Source: an uncultured bacterium
GTDB lineage: Bacteria; Patescibacteriota; Minisyncoccia; Minisyncoccales; CBDVAW01
DNA length: 33,896 bases
Direction of reading: 5' to 3'
Assembly: GCA_965372095.1 (NCBI GenBank)
Contig: CBDVAW010000002.1
Location: 1 to 33,896, forward strand
Positions 8,878 through 18,943 of the stretch are shown here, piece by piece. The translations under genes and the position numbers were made by a program. A model generated the notes under the pieces. That model was given only the letters and a program-made list of their open reading frames with translations, had not been told where the DNA came from and did no database searches. The number at the start of each line of letters is the position of its first letter. Positions within the stretch are counted from its first letter, which is position 1.

Positions 8878-8985
8878 ATGTCTTTATATTTTAACAATAA
8901 AAAGGTATAATAAATGCTAAATTGCTATGAGCACAAAACTAAAGACAGTGGGTTGGAACATAAAAACAATATTGGTTGAGGCTCG

Positions 8986-10557
8986 GTGCTTATGATTACG
9001 CTTTATATCGCAATATCGGGTTTTTTAAATTTTATCACCAGTTTAATATTGGGCGTTTTTATACTGACAAAAAATAAAAAAAGCCAAATCAATAGAACAT
9101 TCAGTTATGTTTGTTTCAGTATTGTCATATGGTCTTTCTTCCATATGTTCTTTCCTGCTGCCGAAAGTAAAGAAACTGCTCTTCTCACATTCCAGCTTTT
9201 ACATATAGGCGCGGTTTTTACGTCGGTTGCAAGCCTTCACTTTGTTATTGCTTGGCTTGGCAAATACAAGCAAAACCGCGCGCTATTGATCTTCGGGTAT
9301 GTCACCGCCGCTATGTTTGTCCCGACAATGTTTACTTCTTTTTTTATTCAAGATGTGGTGCCCAAATCAATATTTGATTTTTACGCGGTGCCGGGGTTCT
9401 TATATCATTTCTATCTCCTGCATTTCTTTTTCTATTGGGCATATTCCATTATTTTAATATTTAAAGAGCTGAAGCGGCTCTCGGGTATTAAGCTTATCCA
9501 GTCTAAAATTATTGCCATCGGTTTTACCATAGCCGTAGTCGGCGGTTCAACAAATTATTTTTTATTTTATAATATTCCCATACCCCCCGTGGCCAATATT
9601 CTTGTATTGGCTTATATAGGTTCTATCTTTTACGCGATTTTAAAATACCGCTTGATGGATATTCGTTTTATGCTCGGCAGAATGGCAATATATCTTTCTT
9701 CCTCTTTCAGTGTAATAATATTTGGCGTTTTGTTAATATTTTTAAACGGCAAGTTAAATAACCCAATCCCTATAAATATTGCGTGGTTTTCTGTTTTAGT
9801 TATTGGAATTTTTCTTTTCCTTTATCTATTTAATCTGTATCAGAAAATAGCGGGTAAATATTTTTATTATACTTTTTACAGACTGAAAACTACTTTGGAA
9901 GAATTGACAAAAAAGTTTAACCAAATAATAGAATTAGACAAGCTCGCCAGCCTTATCGCGCGCTCCCTGTTAGACGCTTTAAATATAGATATGGTTGGAA
10001 TTATTCTTAAACAGCCGGGAAAAGAGAATTTTTATCCCCAATTATTAATCAAGCTCAATGAAAAAGATGTCTCTTCTTTTTTGGCTGCAGAAAACAGCTT
10101 TTTGGTTGAATATTTACAGAATACAAAAAAACCGCTAATTCTAAAAGAAATACCCTTTATTGTTGACGAGATGAAGATAGCAAAACATAAAAATAGAACG
10201 GAAACGCAGGAATATTCAACCAAACTTCTTTCTTTCAAAGAATCCGCGGACAAAACCAATATATCCGTTTTGATGCCTCTAATCATTAAAGACGAACTGA
10301 TCGGCATTATTATATTGGGAGGTAAAATGTCTAAAAAAATCTATACGGCGCAAGATATTGATCTTTTATACACCCTGTCTTCTCAATCAGCTATCGCTTT
10401 CAACAACGCTCTTGCTTATGAGGAAATAGATAAGAGAAAAACGGAGTTGGAAAAATTCTACAAACTTACCGTAGGAAGAGAATTAAAAATGGCGGAATTG
10501 AAAAAAGAAATTAAGAGAATACAGGAAGAAAAAGAGGACAACCCTGTATCGGAATAG
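8986..10557 (+). CDS. membrane sensor: histidine-kinase-type N-terminal 7TM region + GAF domain + coiled coil, with no kinase core
   Basis: About 9 TM helices, with the seventh helix followed by the ...AILKYRLMDIRF motif typical of the HK N-terminal 7TM domain. GAF-like segment (LMPLIIKDELIGIIILGG...). C-terminal LTVGRELKMAELKKEI coiled coil. No H-box or HATPase_c motifs. An alternative ATG lies at 8992. Confidence 0.8.
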   Translation: MLMITLYIAISGFLNFITSLILGVFILTKNKKSQINRTFSYVCFSIVIWSFFHMFFPAAESKETALLTFQLLHIGAVFTSVASLHFVIAWLGKYKQNRALLIFGYVTAAMFVPTMFTSFFIQDVVPKSIFDFYAVPGFLYHFYLLHFFFYWAYSIILIFKELKRLSGIKLIQSKIIAIGFTIAVVGGSTNYFLFYNIPIPPVANILVLAYIGSIFYAILKYRLMDIRFMLGRMAIYLSSSFSVIIFGVLLIFLNGKLNNPIPINIAWFSVLVIGIFLFLYLFNLYQKIAGKYFYYTFYRLKTTLEELTKKFNQIIELDKLASLIARSLLDALNIDMVGIILKQPGKENFYPQLLIKLNEKDVSSFLAAENSFLVEYLQNTKKPLILKEIPFIVDEMKIAKHKNRTETQEYSTKLLSFKESADKTNISVLMPLIIKDELIGIIILGGKMSKKIYTAQDIDLLYTLSSQSAIAFNNALAYEEIDKRKTELEKFYKLTVGRELKMAELKKEIKRIQEEKEDNPVSE

Positions 10558-10618
10558 ATTCGGTATAGGACAAACATTAAAATTAATTAAGAAAATCTTT
10601 TTTAATACGCTTAAAAAT

Positions 10619-10999
10619 ATGAAAAAGATATTACTTATAGAAGACGAAAAAATTTTAGCCGAAATGTATCAGGACAAATTAACCAAAACTTGTTTTGAGG
10701 TTTATATTGCGACCGAACCGAAAGAGGCATTAGTAATAGTTAAAAAGAAAAAACCAGATTTGATAGTATTGGATATTTTACTTCCTAAAGAAAATGGTAT
10801 ATATTTTCTTCAGCGTTTAAGAAGGATTAGAAATAAAAAAATCGCCTCTATTCCGGTAGTCGCTTTTAGTAATTTTGATGACCCGAAAACAAAACAACAA
10901 GCTCAAAAATTAGGAATAGAGGATTATCTTATTAAAACCAACTACACCCCCAAACAGCTTGTTGACAAAATTAAATATTACTTGGGAAAAAATAATTAA
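10619..10999 (+). CDS. stand-alone response-regulator receiver domain (CheY-like)
   Basis: Acidic pocket EDE, phospho-acceptor Asp in LIVLDILLP, Ser in AFSN and Lys in YLIKT. At 126 aa there is no output domain. Confidence 0.9.
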   Translation: MKKILLIEDEKILAEMYQDKLTKTCFEVYIATEPKEALVIVKKKKPDLIVLDILLPKENGIYFLQRLRRIRNKKIASIPVVAFSNFDDPKTKQQAQKLGIEDYLIKTNYTPKQLVDKIKYYLGKNN

Positions 11000-11008
11000 G
11001 ACAAAATA

Positions 11009-12409
11009 ATGAAAAGAACTCTTAATGTTGACACGATCAATTGTCCCGGAGAAAAAGTTAAGATTTGCGGATGGGTAAATTCCGTAAGAAGCCATGGTAA
11101 AATATTTTTTATTGATTTAAGGGACAGATCGGGAATAATCCAAACTGTTTTTACGCCCGACAATAAAGAGACTTATGGCATAGTGAAGAATGTTAGGCCG
11201 GAATGGGTGATTAGTATTGAAGGGACAATAATAAACAGGCCTAAAGGAATGGTAAACCCAAATATTGAAACGGGGAAAGTAGAGCTGCAGGCTGAAAACA
11301 TAGAAGTTTTTTCCGAAGCTGAAACCATACCTTTCGCCATTGATACTTCCGGCTACGAATTGTCGGAAGAAAAAAGGCTTAAATACCGCTACATTGATCT
11401 AAGAAGAAGCCGCCTGATAAAAAATTTAGAGACAAGACAAAAGGTATTGCAGTGCTCGCGAGATTTTCTACAAAAACAAGGATTTCTTGAAATAGAAACT
11501 CCTCTTCTTACTAAATCTACGCCTGAAGGAGCGCGAGATTTTTTAGTCCCGTCAAGGCTTCATCCCGGAGAGTTTTACGCCCTGCCACAAAGCCCGCAAC
11601 AATATAAACAACTTCTTATGGTCGCCGGTGTAGAAAAATATTTTCAGATTGTCAGATGCCTGCGCGATGAAGATCAGAGGGGGGATAGGCAGACAGAATT
11701 TACCCAGCTTGATATAGAGATGAGTTTTGTCCAACAAGAAGATGTTTTACAATTGGTAGAAAAATTATTTATTGAAATAATAGAAAAAATATTGCCGGAA
11801 AAAAGAATTGTCTTTAAGCCTTTTAAAAGGATAACTTATGACGAGGCAATGAAAAAATACAAAACCGACAAGCCCGACTTAAGAAAAAACAAAGACAATC
11901 CGGATGAACTGGCTTTCTTGTGGGTAATTGATTTTCCTATGTTTGAATACAAGAAGGGCGATAAAAGATGGGGAGCGGTTCATCATCCTTTTACCGCCAT
12001 TAATCCAAAAGATTTAGGAAAATTGAATTCAGGGAAAATGGGAGAAGTGAAGGCATTACAATATGATCTGGTTCTTAATGGAAATGAAATTGCCGGAGGT
12101 TCTATTAGAAATCATGACCCAAAGCTTTTGAGTAAAATCTTTGAGCTTTTAGGGCATAGCAAAGAAGAAGTTCAAAGCCGATTCAAGCACATTTTGGAAG
12201 CCTTTAAATATGGAGTGCCGCCGCACGGAGGCATTGCTTCCGGGATTGACAGATTTTTAGCAATTTTAGCCCGCGAACAAAATATACGCGAAGTAATGGC
12301 CTTCCCCAAGACAGGAGATGGCAGAGATTTAATGATAGGAGCCCCTTCCGGTGGTATTGATGAAAAACAACTAAAAGAATTGCATATAAAAATAATAAAA
12401 CAAAAATAA
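11009..12409 (+). CDS. aspS: aspartate--tRNA ligase, bacterial type, lacking the GAD insertion domain
   Basis: OB-fold N-terminus and class II motifs (FYALPQSPQ, QIVRCLRDED, GGSIRNH, GIASGIDR). Only 466 aa. Confidence 0.95.
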   Translation: MKRTLNVDTINCPGEKVKICGWVNSVRSHGKIFFIDLRDRSGIIQTVFTPDNKETYGIVKNVRPEWVISIEGTIINRPKGMVNPNIETGKVELQAENIEVFSEAETIPFAIDTSGYELSEEKRLKYRYIDLRRSRLIKNLETRQKVLQCSRDFLQKQGFLEIETPLLTKSTPEGARDFLVPSRLHPGEFYALPQSPQQYKQLLMVAGVEKYFQIVRCLRDEDQRGDRQTEFTQLDIEMSFVQQEDVLQLVEKLFIEIIEKILPEKRIVFKPFKRITYDEAMKKYKTDKPDLRKNKDNPDELAFLWVIDFPMFEYKKGDKRWGAVHHPFTAINPKDLGKLNSGKMGEVKALQYDLVLNGNEIAGGSIRNHDPKLLSKIFELLGHSKEEVQSRFKHILEAFKYGVPPHGGIASGIDRFLAILAREQNIREVMAFPKTGDGRDLMIGAPSGGIDEKQLKELHIKIIKQK

Positions 12410-12412
12410 TAG

Positions 12413-13492
12413 ATGAAGGATATTAAAACAAAAGAGTCGGATTTGTTGAAAAAAATTTCTACAAAACGTCCGCGTAGCGCGAAAGATATAATAACTTTGC
12501 CAAGAGTGAGAATTTTGGGTTCAAAAAATATAAAAATTCTTTTATTGATAACGGTTATAAGTCTGCCTTTTTGGTTCGGTGTGAATGTTTTTGAGGGGAC
12601 ATTGGAAGATTTCTTTTTTTCCCAGTTTCAGAATAATCATAACCTAATCGCCTATGCGAGCCGCCCGGTAATAGATCCTTCATTAAAGCCTTTGCGCAAC
12701 TGGAATGAACCTGCTCTGGTTCTTAAGGCTAAGTCAGCTATTTCAATAGAATACGGCTACGATGGCAGCCAAAAAGTTTTATTTCAAAAAAACATAAGAA
12801 ACAAATTGCCAATGGCCAGTTTAACAAAATTGATGACAGGGCTTCTTGTTTCCGAACATTACCAGCATTCAAGATTCACGGTAAAAATAAGCGAAGAAGC
12901 GGCAAATCAGACCGCTGAAAGCAGCTATCTGAAAACAGGAGAAGAGTTTTATGTAGAAGACCTGCTTCATCTCTTACTTATGGAATCCAGTAATGGAGCG
13001 GCTTATTCTTTAAGTGAAGTTATAGGTGAAAAATCTTTTATAGAATTAATGAATTTAAACGCTGAAACTCTGGGAATGAATAATACCTATTTTATCAACC
13101 CCAGTGGGTTGGACGACGAATTAATCGCTCCGGACGCTTTTAATAATAGCTCAACAAACTATTCAACTGTAGAAGATTTAGGAATATTGGCAAAAGAATT
13201 ACTTCAAAATCCTCAATTATTAAATATTATTTCCACCACTGATGCCGACCTTTATTCTTCTGACGGAATGTTCCATCACAAACTTATAAATACCAATAAA
13301 CTTTTAGGGGAGTTTCCAAATATAGTCGGAGGGAAAACAGGCTATACGGCAAAAGCCGGTGGTTGTCTTTTGTTAATATTGGAAAGTCCAAAGAACAACA
13401 ACTATTTGGTTAATATCATTTTAGGTTCTTCAAATCGTTTTGAAGAGATGAGAAAATTAATTGAATGGATGGACAAAGCTTATAAATGGTAA
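12413..13492 (+). CDS. D-alanyl-D-alanine carboxypeptidase (S11), membrane anchored
   Basis: N-terminal TM, then SLTK, SSNG and KTGYT motifs. Confidence 0.9.
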   Translation: MKDIKTKESDLLKKISTKRPRSAKDIITLPRVRILGSKNIKILLLITVISLPFWFGVNVFEGTLEDFFFSQFQNNHNLIAYASRPVIDPSLKPLRNWNEPALVLKAKSAISIEYGYDGSQKVLFQKNIRNKLPMASLTKLMTGLLVSEHYQHSRFTVKISEEAANQTAESSYLKTGEEFYVEDLLHLLLMESSNGAAYSLSEVIGEKSFIELMNLNAETLGMNNTYFINPSGLDDELIAPDAFNNSSTNYSTVEDLGILAKELLQNPQLLNIISTTDADLYSSDGMFHHKLINTNKLLGEFPNIVGGKTGYTAKAGGCLLLILESPKNNNYLVNIILGSSNRFEEMRKLIEWMDKAYKW

Positions 13493-13495
13493 CCT

Positions 13496-14560
13496 ATGTT
13501 TTTAAACGGAAACACAGAGCTGGGAATCAATGTTATTAAAATCTTTACCGCGGGAACCGTGGTTTTCTTCGTAGCCTTTTTTTCCACGCCTGCATTAACT
13601 CATTTTTTATATAAATATAAACTTTGGCGTAAAATACCAAAAACAGAAGCCTTGGACGGGGGAGAGATCCCTGTTTTTAAAAAATTTCATAGTAAAAATG
13701 AAGTTCACACTCCCAGATTTGGGGGATTGCTTATATGGATAGCTCCTTTATGCGTAGCCATATCTTTTTTTATTTTTGCCAAAATAGGTATTTGGCCGTT
13801 TGAAAAATTAAACTTTTTAAGCCGGGGGCAAACTTGGCTTCCACTTTTTACATTAGCAGCCGCTTCATTACTCGGGCTCACAGACGACATACTCCAGGTC
13901 ATAAACAAAAAAGGGAAGGGACTCTCGCTATCCAAAAGACTTATAATGGTAAGCCTTATCGGTTTAATAGGCGCTTGGTGGTTTTATTCCAAATTGGGAT
14001 GGGAGACAATTCATATCCCCGGAATAGGCGATTTCACCATCGGTCTTTGGTATATTCCTTTTTTTGTGATAACAATGATCGCCGTTTACAGTGGAGGAAT
14101 AATAGACGGACTTGACGGTTTGGCCGGAGGAACTTTCGCGTCTATCTTCGGAGCCTTTGCCATAATAGCTTTTTTCCGCGGGCAGGTTGATCTTGCTACT
14201 TTCTGCGTAGTTATTTTAGGAGCTATATTGGCTTTCTTATGGTTTAATATTCCTCCTGCAAGATTTTATATGGGGGAGAGCGGAATACTCGGTCTTTGCG
14301 CCGTTTTAACCGTAGTAGCTTTTTTGACTGACTCTGTTTTGGTTCTTCCGATTATCGGCTTTCTGTTAGTTATGGAAACAGGTTCAGATATTTTGCAGCT
14401 TCTTTCTAAAAAATTCAGGAAAAAGAAAATATTTTTAGCTGCTCCAATACATCATCATTTTGAAGCCAAGGGATGGCCCGATTATAAAATAACTATGAGA
14501 TTTTGGGTTATCGGATTGGTGATGGCAACTATTGGAGTTATAATTAGACTTCTTGGTTAA
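13496..14560 (+). CDS. mraY: phospho-N-acetylmuramoyl-pentapeptide transferase
   Basis: Polytopic protein with MraY signatures (GLTDD, IIDGLDGLAGG, APIHHHFE). Confidence 0.95.
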   Translation: MFLNGNTELGINVIKIFTAGTVVFFVAFFSTPALTHFLYKYKLWRKIPKTEALDGGEIPVFKKFHSKNEVHTPRFGGLLIWIAPLCVAISFFIFAKIGIWPFEKLNFLSRGQTWLPLFTLAAASLLGLTDDILQVINKKGKGLSLSKRLIMVSLIGLIGAWWFYSKLGWETIHIPGIGDFTIGLWYIPFFVITMIAVYSGGIIDGLDGLAGGTFASIFGAFAIIAFFRGQVDLATFCVVILGAILAFLWFNIPPARFYMGESGILGLCAVLTVVAFLTDSVLVLPIIGFLLVMETGSDILQLLSKKFRKKKIFLAAPIHHHFEAKGWPDYKITMRFWVIGLVMATIGVIIRLLG

Positions 14561-14566
14561 TATTTT

Positions 14567-15706
14567 ATGACTTCGCATCGCCCTGATTATTTTTTGGTTG
14601 GAACATTGGCAATATTGATAGTTTTTGGTATTTTAATTTTAGGCAGCGTTTCTCCGGCTTTTTCTTTAGAAAATACGGGAAAAACCAGCTACTTTTTAAT
14701 TCACCAAGTAATGGGTCTTTTAATAGGACTGGCATTAGCTTTAACTGTTTTTTTTCTTCCCATATCCCTGTTTAAAAAATACGCGCACATTGCTCTTTTA
14801 ATAAACTTAGTCCTAATGGTGGCTGTCTTTCTGCCAAAAATCGGGTATAGCTTCGGAGGCGCCAGTCGCTGGATTAATCTTGGCTTTGTCTCTTTTCAGC
14901 CTTCCGAAATGCTCAAGCTGACTTTTATCCTTTATTTGGCCGCATGGTTGTCAGAACGATTGAAGAACCGCAAGCCATCCTTTAAAAAGAACAAAAGGCC
15001 CGGATCTAATGTCGCAATATTAAAAAATACACTTACTCCTTTCTTGATCACAATAGGATTAATCAGTGTTCTTTTAACCTTTCAATCAGATGCCAGCACA
15101 TTGGGAGTAATTTTCATAATAGGGATGGGGATGTATTTTATAGCCAATACGCCCCTGTGGCACACTCTCTTGCTGGTTTTTATGGGAGGAGTAGGATTAA
15201 TATCGTTGATTAAAATAGCTCCTTATCGTTTATCAAGGCTTTTTATATTTCTGAACCCGGAAGCCGACCCTATGGGGAAAGGATATCAAATCAAACAAGC
15301 TTTGATTTCCGTGGGGTCGGGGAGTATCTTCGGCGTAGGACTGGGGATGAGCAAGCAGAAGTTCGGCTTTCTGCCGCAATCTATGGGAGATTCAATTTTT
15401 GCTGTTTTCGCCGAAGAAACAGGTTTAATGGGAAGTTTGGTAATTATTTTTTTGTTTATGTTTTTTGCCTTCAGGGGCTGGAAAATCATTAAAAATTCTG
15501 ACGACCAATTTTTCAAATTAGCGGCATCCGGCATAATCCTTTGGATAACCATCCAGGCCTTTGTAAATATTGGCGCAATGATAGGCATTCTTCCTCTGAC
15601 AGGGATTCCCTTGCCTTTCATCAGTTATGGAAGCTCCGCTTTAATAAGCGAACTGATAGGCATTGGTATTTTATTGAATATTTCCAAATATGCTGTCAAT
15701 AAATAA
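14567..15706 (+). CDS. ftsW: SEDS-family peptidoglycan glycosyltransferase (FtsW/RodA)
   Basis: SEDS motifs (QPSE, GLGMSKQKFGFLP..., TGIPLPFISYGSS). Its position between mraY and murG favours FtsW. Confidence 0.9.
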   Translation: MTSHRPDYFLVGTLAILIVFGILILGSVSPAFSLENTGKTSYFLIHQVMGLLIGLALALTVFFLPISLFKKYAHIALLINLVLMVAVFLPKIGYSFGGASRWINLGFVSFQPSEMLKLTFILYLAAWLSERLKNRKPSFKKNKRPGSNVAILKNTLTPFLITIGLISVLLTFQSDASTLGVIFIIGMGMYFIANTPLWHTLLLVFMGGVGLISLIKIAPYRLSRLFIFLNPEADPMGKGYQIKQALISVGSGSIFGVGLGMSKQKFGFLPQSMGDSIFAVFAEETGLMGSLVIIFLFMFFAFRGWKIIKNSDDQFFKLAASGIILWITIQAFVNIGAMIGILPLTGIPLPFISYGSSALISELIGIGILLNISKYAVNK

Positions 15707-15720
15707 TTAAATATACGATT

Positions 15721-16836
15721 ATGAGAATATTGCTTGCCGGCGGGGGGACAGGAGGCCACATTTTTCCGCTCATCGCCGTTATAAGAGAATTAAGAAAAAT
15801 ATGTCCCGGCAAAGATCTTAATTTTGTCTATATGGGACCAAAAGATGATTTTGCTCCCATTTTAATAGGACAAGAAGGAGTAAAAATAAAAACAATTTTA
15901 GCCGGTAAATTTAGAAGATATTTTTCTTTAATGAATATTGTTGATCTTTTTATTAAAATTCCTCTGGGAATTTGCCAAGCATTTTTATATATTGTTTTTT
16001 CATCTCCCGATTTAATTTTTTGCAAAGGTGGCTATGGATCCTTACCAACTGTTCTCGCCGGATGGATATGGAGAGTACCGATTATTCTCCATGAATCAGA
16101 TATTGTTCCCGGATTGGCCAATAGAATTCTACACAAGTTTTCTATGGAAACATTTATTGCCTTTCCAAACACGGAATATTTTAGCCCAAAAAAAAGAATA
16201 GTCGTTGGCAACCCCATAAGAAAGGAAATATTGGAAGGCTCTAAGGAATCAGCCAAGGAATTATTTGAACTTAAAGGAGGAAGGCCGGTAATTTTAATTT
16301 TAGGAGGTTCGCAAGGAGCTCAACGCATTAATGATATTATTCTTGATGTCTTGGAAGAGCTTTTGGAGAATGTTGAAATAATTCATCAATGCGGAGAAAA
16401 AAACTTTAATGACATTAAAGATGAAGTTGAAGGAAGGCTTAATGAAGAACAAGAATCCCACTATCATCTGTTGCCGTTTATCGGGGAATTAAAGATCAAG
16501 CATGCCTATCAAATAGCTGATTTAATCATAGCCAGAGCGGGATCGGGAATAATTTTTGAAATTGCCGCCATAGGAAAGCCTGCTATATTTATTCCGTTGG
16601 CAACAGCAGCGCAAAATCATCAGGTAAAAAACGCTTATGCCTTTGCCTCTGAAGGGGAGAGAGCTATAGTTGTGGAAGAACCTAATTTAACTCCTCATTT
16701 TTTCCTGGAAAAAATCAAATATCTTATTTCTAATCCGGATAGATTAAAAAATCTGTCTCAAAACGCTAAAAAATGGTCACGCCCGAGAGCCGCCCGCGTT
16801 ATCGCCGAATATATTAAAGAATATCTTGTGGACTAA
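15721..16836 (+). CDS. murG: UDP-GlcNAc:lipid I N-acetylglucosaminyltransferase
   Basis: N-terminal GGGTGGHIFP loop, GGSQGA motif and C-terminal GT28 domain. Confidence 0.95.
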   Translation: MRILLAGGGTGGHIFPLIAVIRELRKICPGKDLNFVYMGPKDDFAPILIGQEGVKIKTILAGKFRRYFSLMNIVDLFIKIPLGICQAFLYIVFSSPDLIFCKGGYGSLPTVLAGWIWRVPIILHESDIVPGLANRILHKFSMETFIAFPNTEYFSPKKRIVVGNPIRKEILEGSKESAKELFELKGGRPVILILGGSQGAQRINDIILDVLEELLENVEIIHQCGEKNFNDIKDEVEGRLNEEQESHYHLLPFIGELKIKHAYQIADLIIARAGSGIIFEIAAIGKPAIFIPLATAAQNHQVKNAYAFASEGERAIVVEEPNLTPHFFLEKIKYLISNPDRLKNLSQNAKKWSRPRAARVIAEYIKEYLVD

Positions 16837-16892
16837 AAACAGTGGCCATCGTCTTGATTATTATTTAAAAGCTATGTTAATCTTAAAATAAT

Positions 16893-18467
16893 ATGACTAC
16901 TGATAATTTCCAGCTAATCAAGCCCGGTTCCGTTAGGGTAAGGATAGCTCCTTCTCCTACAGGATTTTTACATATTGGCCTGGCGAGAACAGCTTTATTC
17001 AATTATCTTCTTGCTAAAAAAGACAGGGGAGTTTTTATTTTAAGAATTGACGATACTGATAAAAAAAGGTCTGAACCTCGTTTTGAAAAAGACATTATGG
17101 AAAGCCTTGAATGGCTTGGAATGCACTGGGACGAAGGCCCTATGTTGGGGGGAAAAGAGGATATTGGCAAATATGGACCCTATAGACAAAGCGAAAGATT
17201 GGAAATATATTCCAAATATCTGGAACAGCTCTTAAAAGAAGATAAGGCTTATTATTGTTTTTGCTCCGGAGAAGATATAGAAGCTATGCGCCAATACCAA
17301 ATGAGCGCCGGGCAGCCTGTTCGCTACAACGGCCAATGCAGCAAGCTCACCAAAGAAGAATGTGAAAAAAAATTAGCCGAAGGAAAGCCCTCTGTAATAA
17401 GATTTAGGGTTCCTTTGAAAAAAATTATTTTTGAAGATCTGATCCGCGGAAAAGTTGAATTTGAATCAGACACTCTTGGAGGCGATTTTGTAATAGCTAA
17501 AAATCTAAAAAGTCCGCTTTATAACTTTGCCAGTGTTGTGGATGATTTTGAGATGAAGATTAGTCATATTTTCAGAGGAGAAGACCATATTACAAATACC
17601 CCGAAACAATGCTTAATTCAAGAAGCTTTAAATTTTAATCAACCAAAATACGCTCACTTGCCGTTAATCTTGGGCGCAGATCGTTCTAAATTGAGCAAAC
17701 GACACAATGCCGTGGCTATCTCCGATTATCGCGAAACAGGCTATCTGCCCGAAGCTTTGATTAATTTTATGGCCTTTTTAGGATGGAACCCCGGAGACGA
17801 AAGAGAGGTTTTTTCCCTTGCTTCTTTGATAAAAGAATTCTCGTTGGAAAAAATACAAAAAGGGGGAGCAGTTTTTAATCTCACAAAACTGGATTGGCTT
17901 AACGGTTTTTATATACGCAAAAAACCGCTAAGAAAATTAACGGAGCTTTGTGTCCCTTATCTTATCCAGGCCGGATTGATCAAGGCTAACCCGGAAAATT
18001 TACAACAAGGCCAACACGCAGAAGAAGCGGCGATGTCTTACACTATTACCGATAGCGAAAATACTATTTCTTTTGAGGGCTTAATGAATGTTATAAGGCC
18101 TGAATGGCAAAGAATAAAAAAACTTTCCGACATAGTCCAAGCCACTGACTTTTTCTTTAAAAACAAGCTTGATTATCCTAAAGACCTTCTAAGGTGGAAA
18201 ATAATATCAGATAAAGAAATTATCAATTCTCTTGATATGGCAAAAAAAGTCCTGTCCGGAATAAAAGAAGAGATGTTTGTCTCCCATGAAATAGAAAACG
18301 TTTTAATGTCCGCCACTAAAGAAATAGGGGACAGAGGCAGTCTTCTCTGGCCGCTTAGAGCCGCTCTTTCAGGGAAAAAAGCTTCTCCAAGCCCTTTTGA
18401 TATCGCCGCGATATTGGGGAAGGAAAGAACTCTACAAAGAATCAAGGACGCAAAAAAATTATTCTAA
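16893..18467 (+). CDS. gltX: glutamate--tRNA ligase
   Basis: Class I HIGH (HIGLART) and KMSKS-type (KLSKR) motifs; typical RIAPSPTGFLH start. Confidence 0.95.
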   Translation: MTTDNFQLIKPGSVRVRIAPSPTGFLHIGLARTALFNYLLAKKDRGVFILRIDDTDKKRSEPRFEKDIMESLEWLGMHWDEGPMLGGKEDIGKYGPYRQSERLEIYSKYLEQLLKEDKAYYCFCSGEDIEAMRQYQMSAGQPVRYNGQCSKLTKEECEKKLAEGKPSVIRFRVPLKKIIFEDLIRGKVEFESDTLGGDFVIAKNLKSPLYNFASVVDDFEMKISHIFRGEDHITNTPKQCLIQEALNFNQPKYAHLPLILGADRSKLSKRHNAVAISDYRETGYLPEALINFMAFLGWNPGDEREVFSLASLIKEFSLEKIQKGGAVFNLTKLDWLNGFYIRKKPLRKLTELCVPYLIQAGLIKANPENLQQGQHAEEAAMSYTITDSENTISFEGLMNVIRPEWQRIKKLSDIVQATDFFFKNKLDYPKDLLRWKIISDKEIINSLDMAKKVLSGIKEEMFVSHEIENVLMSATKEIGDRGSLLWPLRAALSGKKASPSPFDIAAILGKERTLQRIKDAKKLF

Positions 18468-18477
18468 TTTTTAAGTA

Positions 18478-18897
18478 ATGAAAAAAATTGCAAAACTAAT
18501 GTTGTTTTTTTTGACTGCCGCTGTTCTTATTTCTGCTTGCCCAATAAACTCATTGGCGCAAGACATACGTTTCATTGACCAACCAAGCACACTGGGAGAG
18601 GCCAAATCTTTTATGGGAAAGATTTTAAAGGCTATCCCAAAGGCTATGCAAGATGCTTGGCACACGGCTTATGACTCTTGGCAAGAAGGATGGAAAACTA
18701 TAAAAAAATTATGGAATAAATATATTACTCCCGTATTGCAAAATATTTGGATTAATATTAAATCTTTTTTCCAAAACCAGTTCGCGATTAGGAAACCTAT
18801 AATTAAACAAGAATTGGAAAAAGAAAAAGAAGAAGTCAAAGTAGAGATCAAAGAAAAAATTCCCGGCTTTTGGCAAAGAATCAAAAGTATTTTCTAA
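18478..18897 (+). CDS. secreted Trp-rich small protein, unknown function
   Basis: Signal-peptide-like N-terminus (…LISACPINSLAQD), then W-periodic amphipathic helices and a KE-rich tail. Confidence 0.55.
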   Translation: MKKIAKLMLFFLTAAVLISACPINSLAQDIRFIDQPSTLGEAKSFMGKILKAIPKAMQDAWHTAYDSWQEGWKTIKKLWNKYITPVLQNIWINIKSFFQNQFAIRKPIIKQELEKEKEEVKVEIKEKIPGFWQRIKSIF

Positions 18898-18943
18898 GAA
18901 AGACAATGTGGCCAAGAAACGGCTCATAACGCATAAATAATAG

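Noticed and set aside
15008-15023. AATGTCGCAATATTAA inside ftsW resembles xer site B (AATGTCGCACAATATTAA).
   Set aside because: It lies within conserved coding sequence (…GSNVAILKN…), lacks the CA dinucleotide and has no partner site. I treat it as coincidence unless genome-wide searches show otherwise.
16837-16892. T-box or other riboswitch leaders upstream of gltX (and upstream of aspS at 11000..11008).
   Set aside because: The intergenic gaps are only 56 nt and 9 nt, far too short for a T-box leader, and no specifier or T-box motif is visible.
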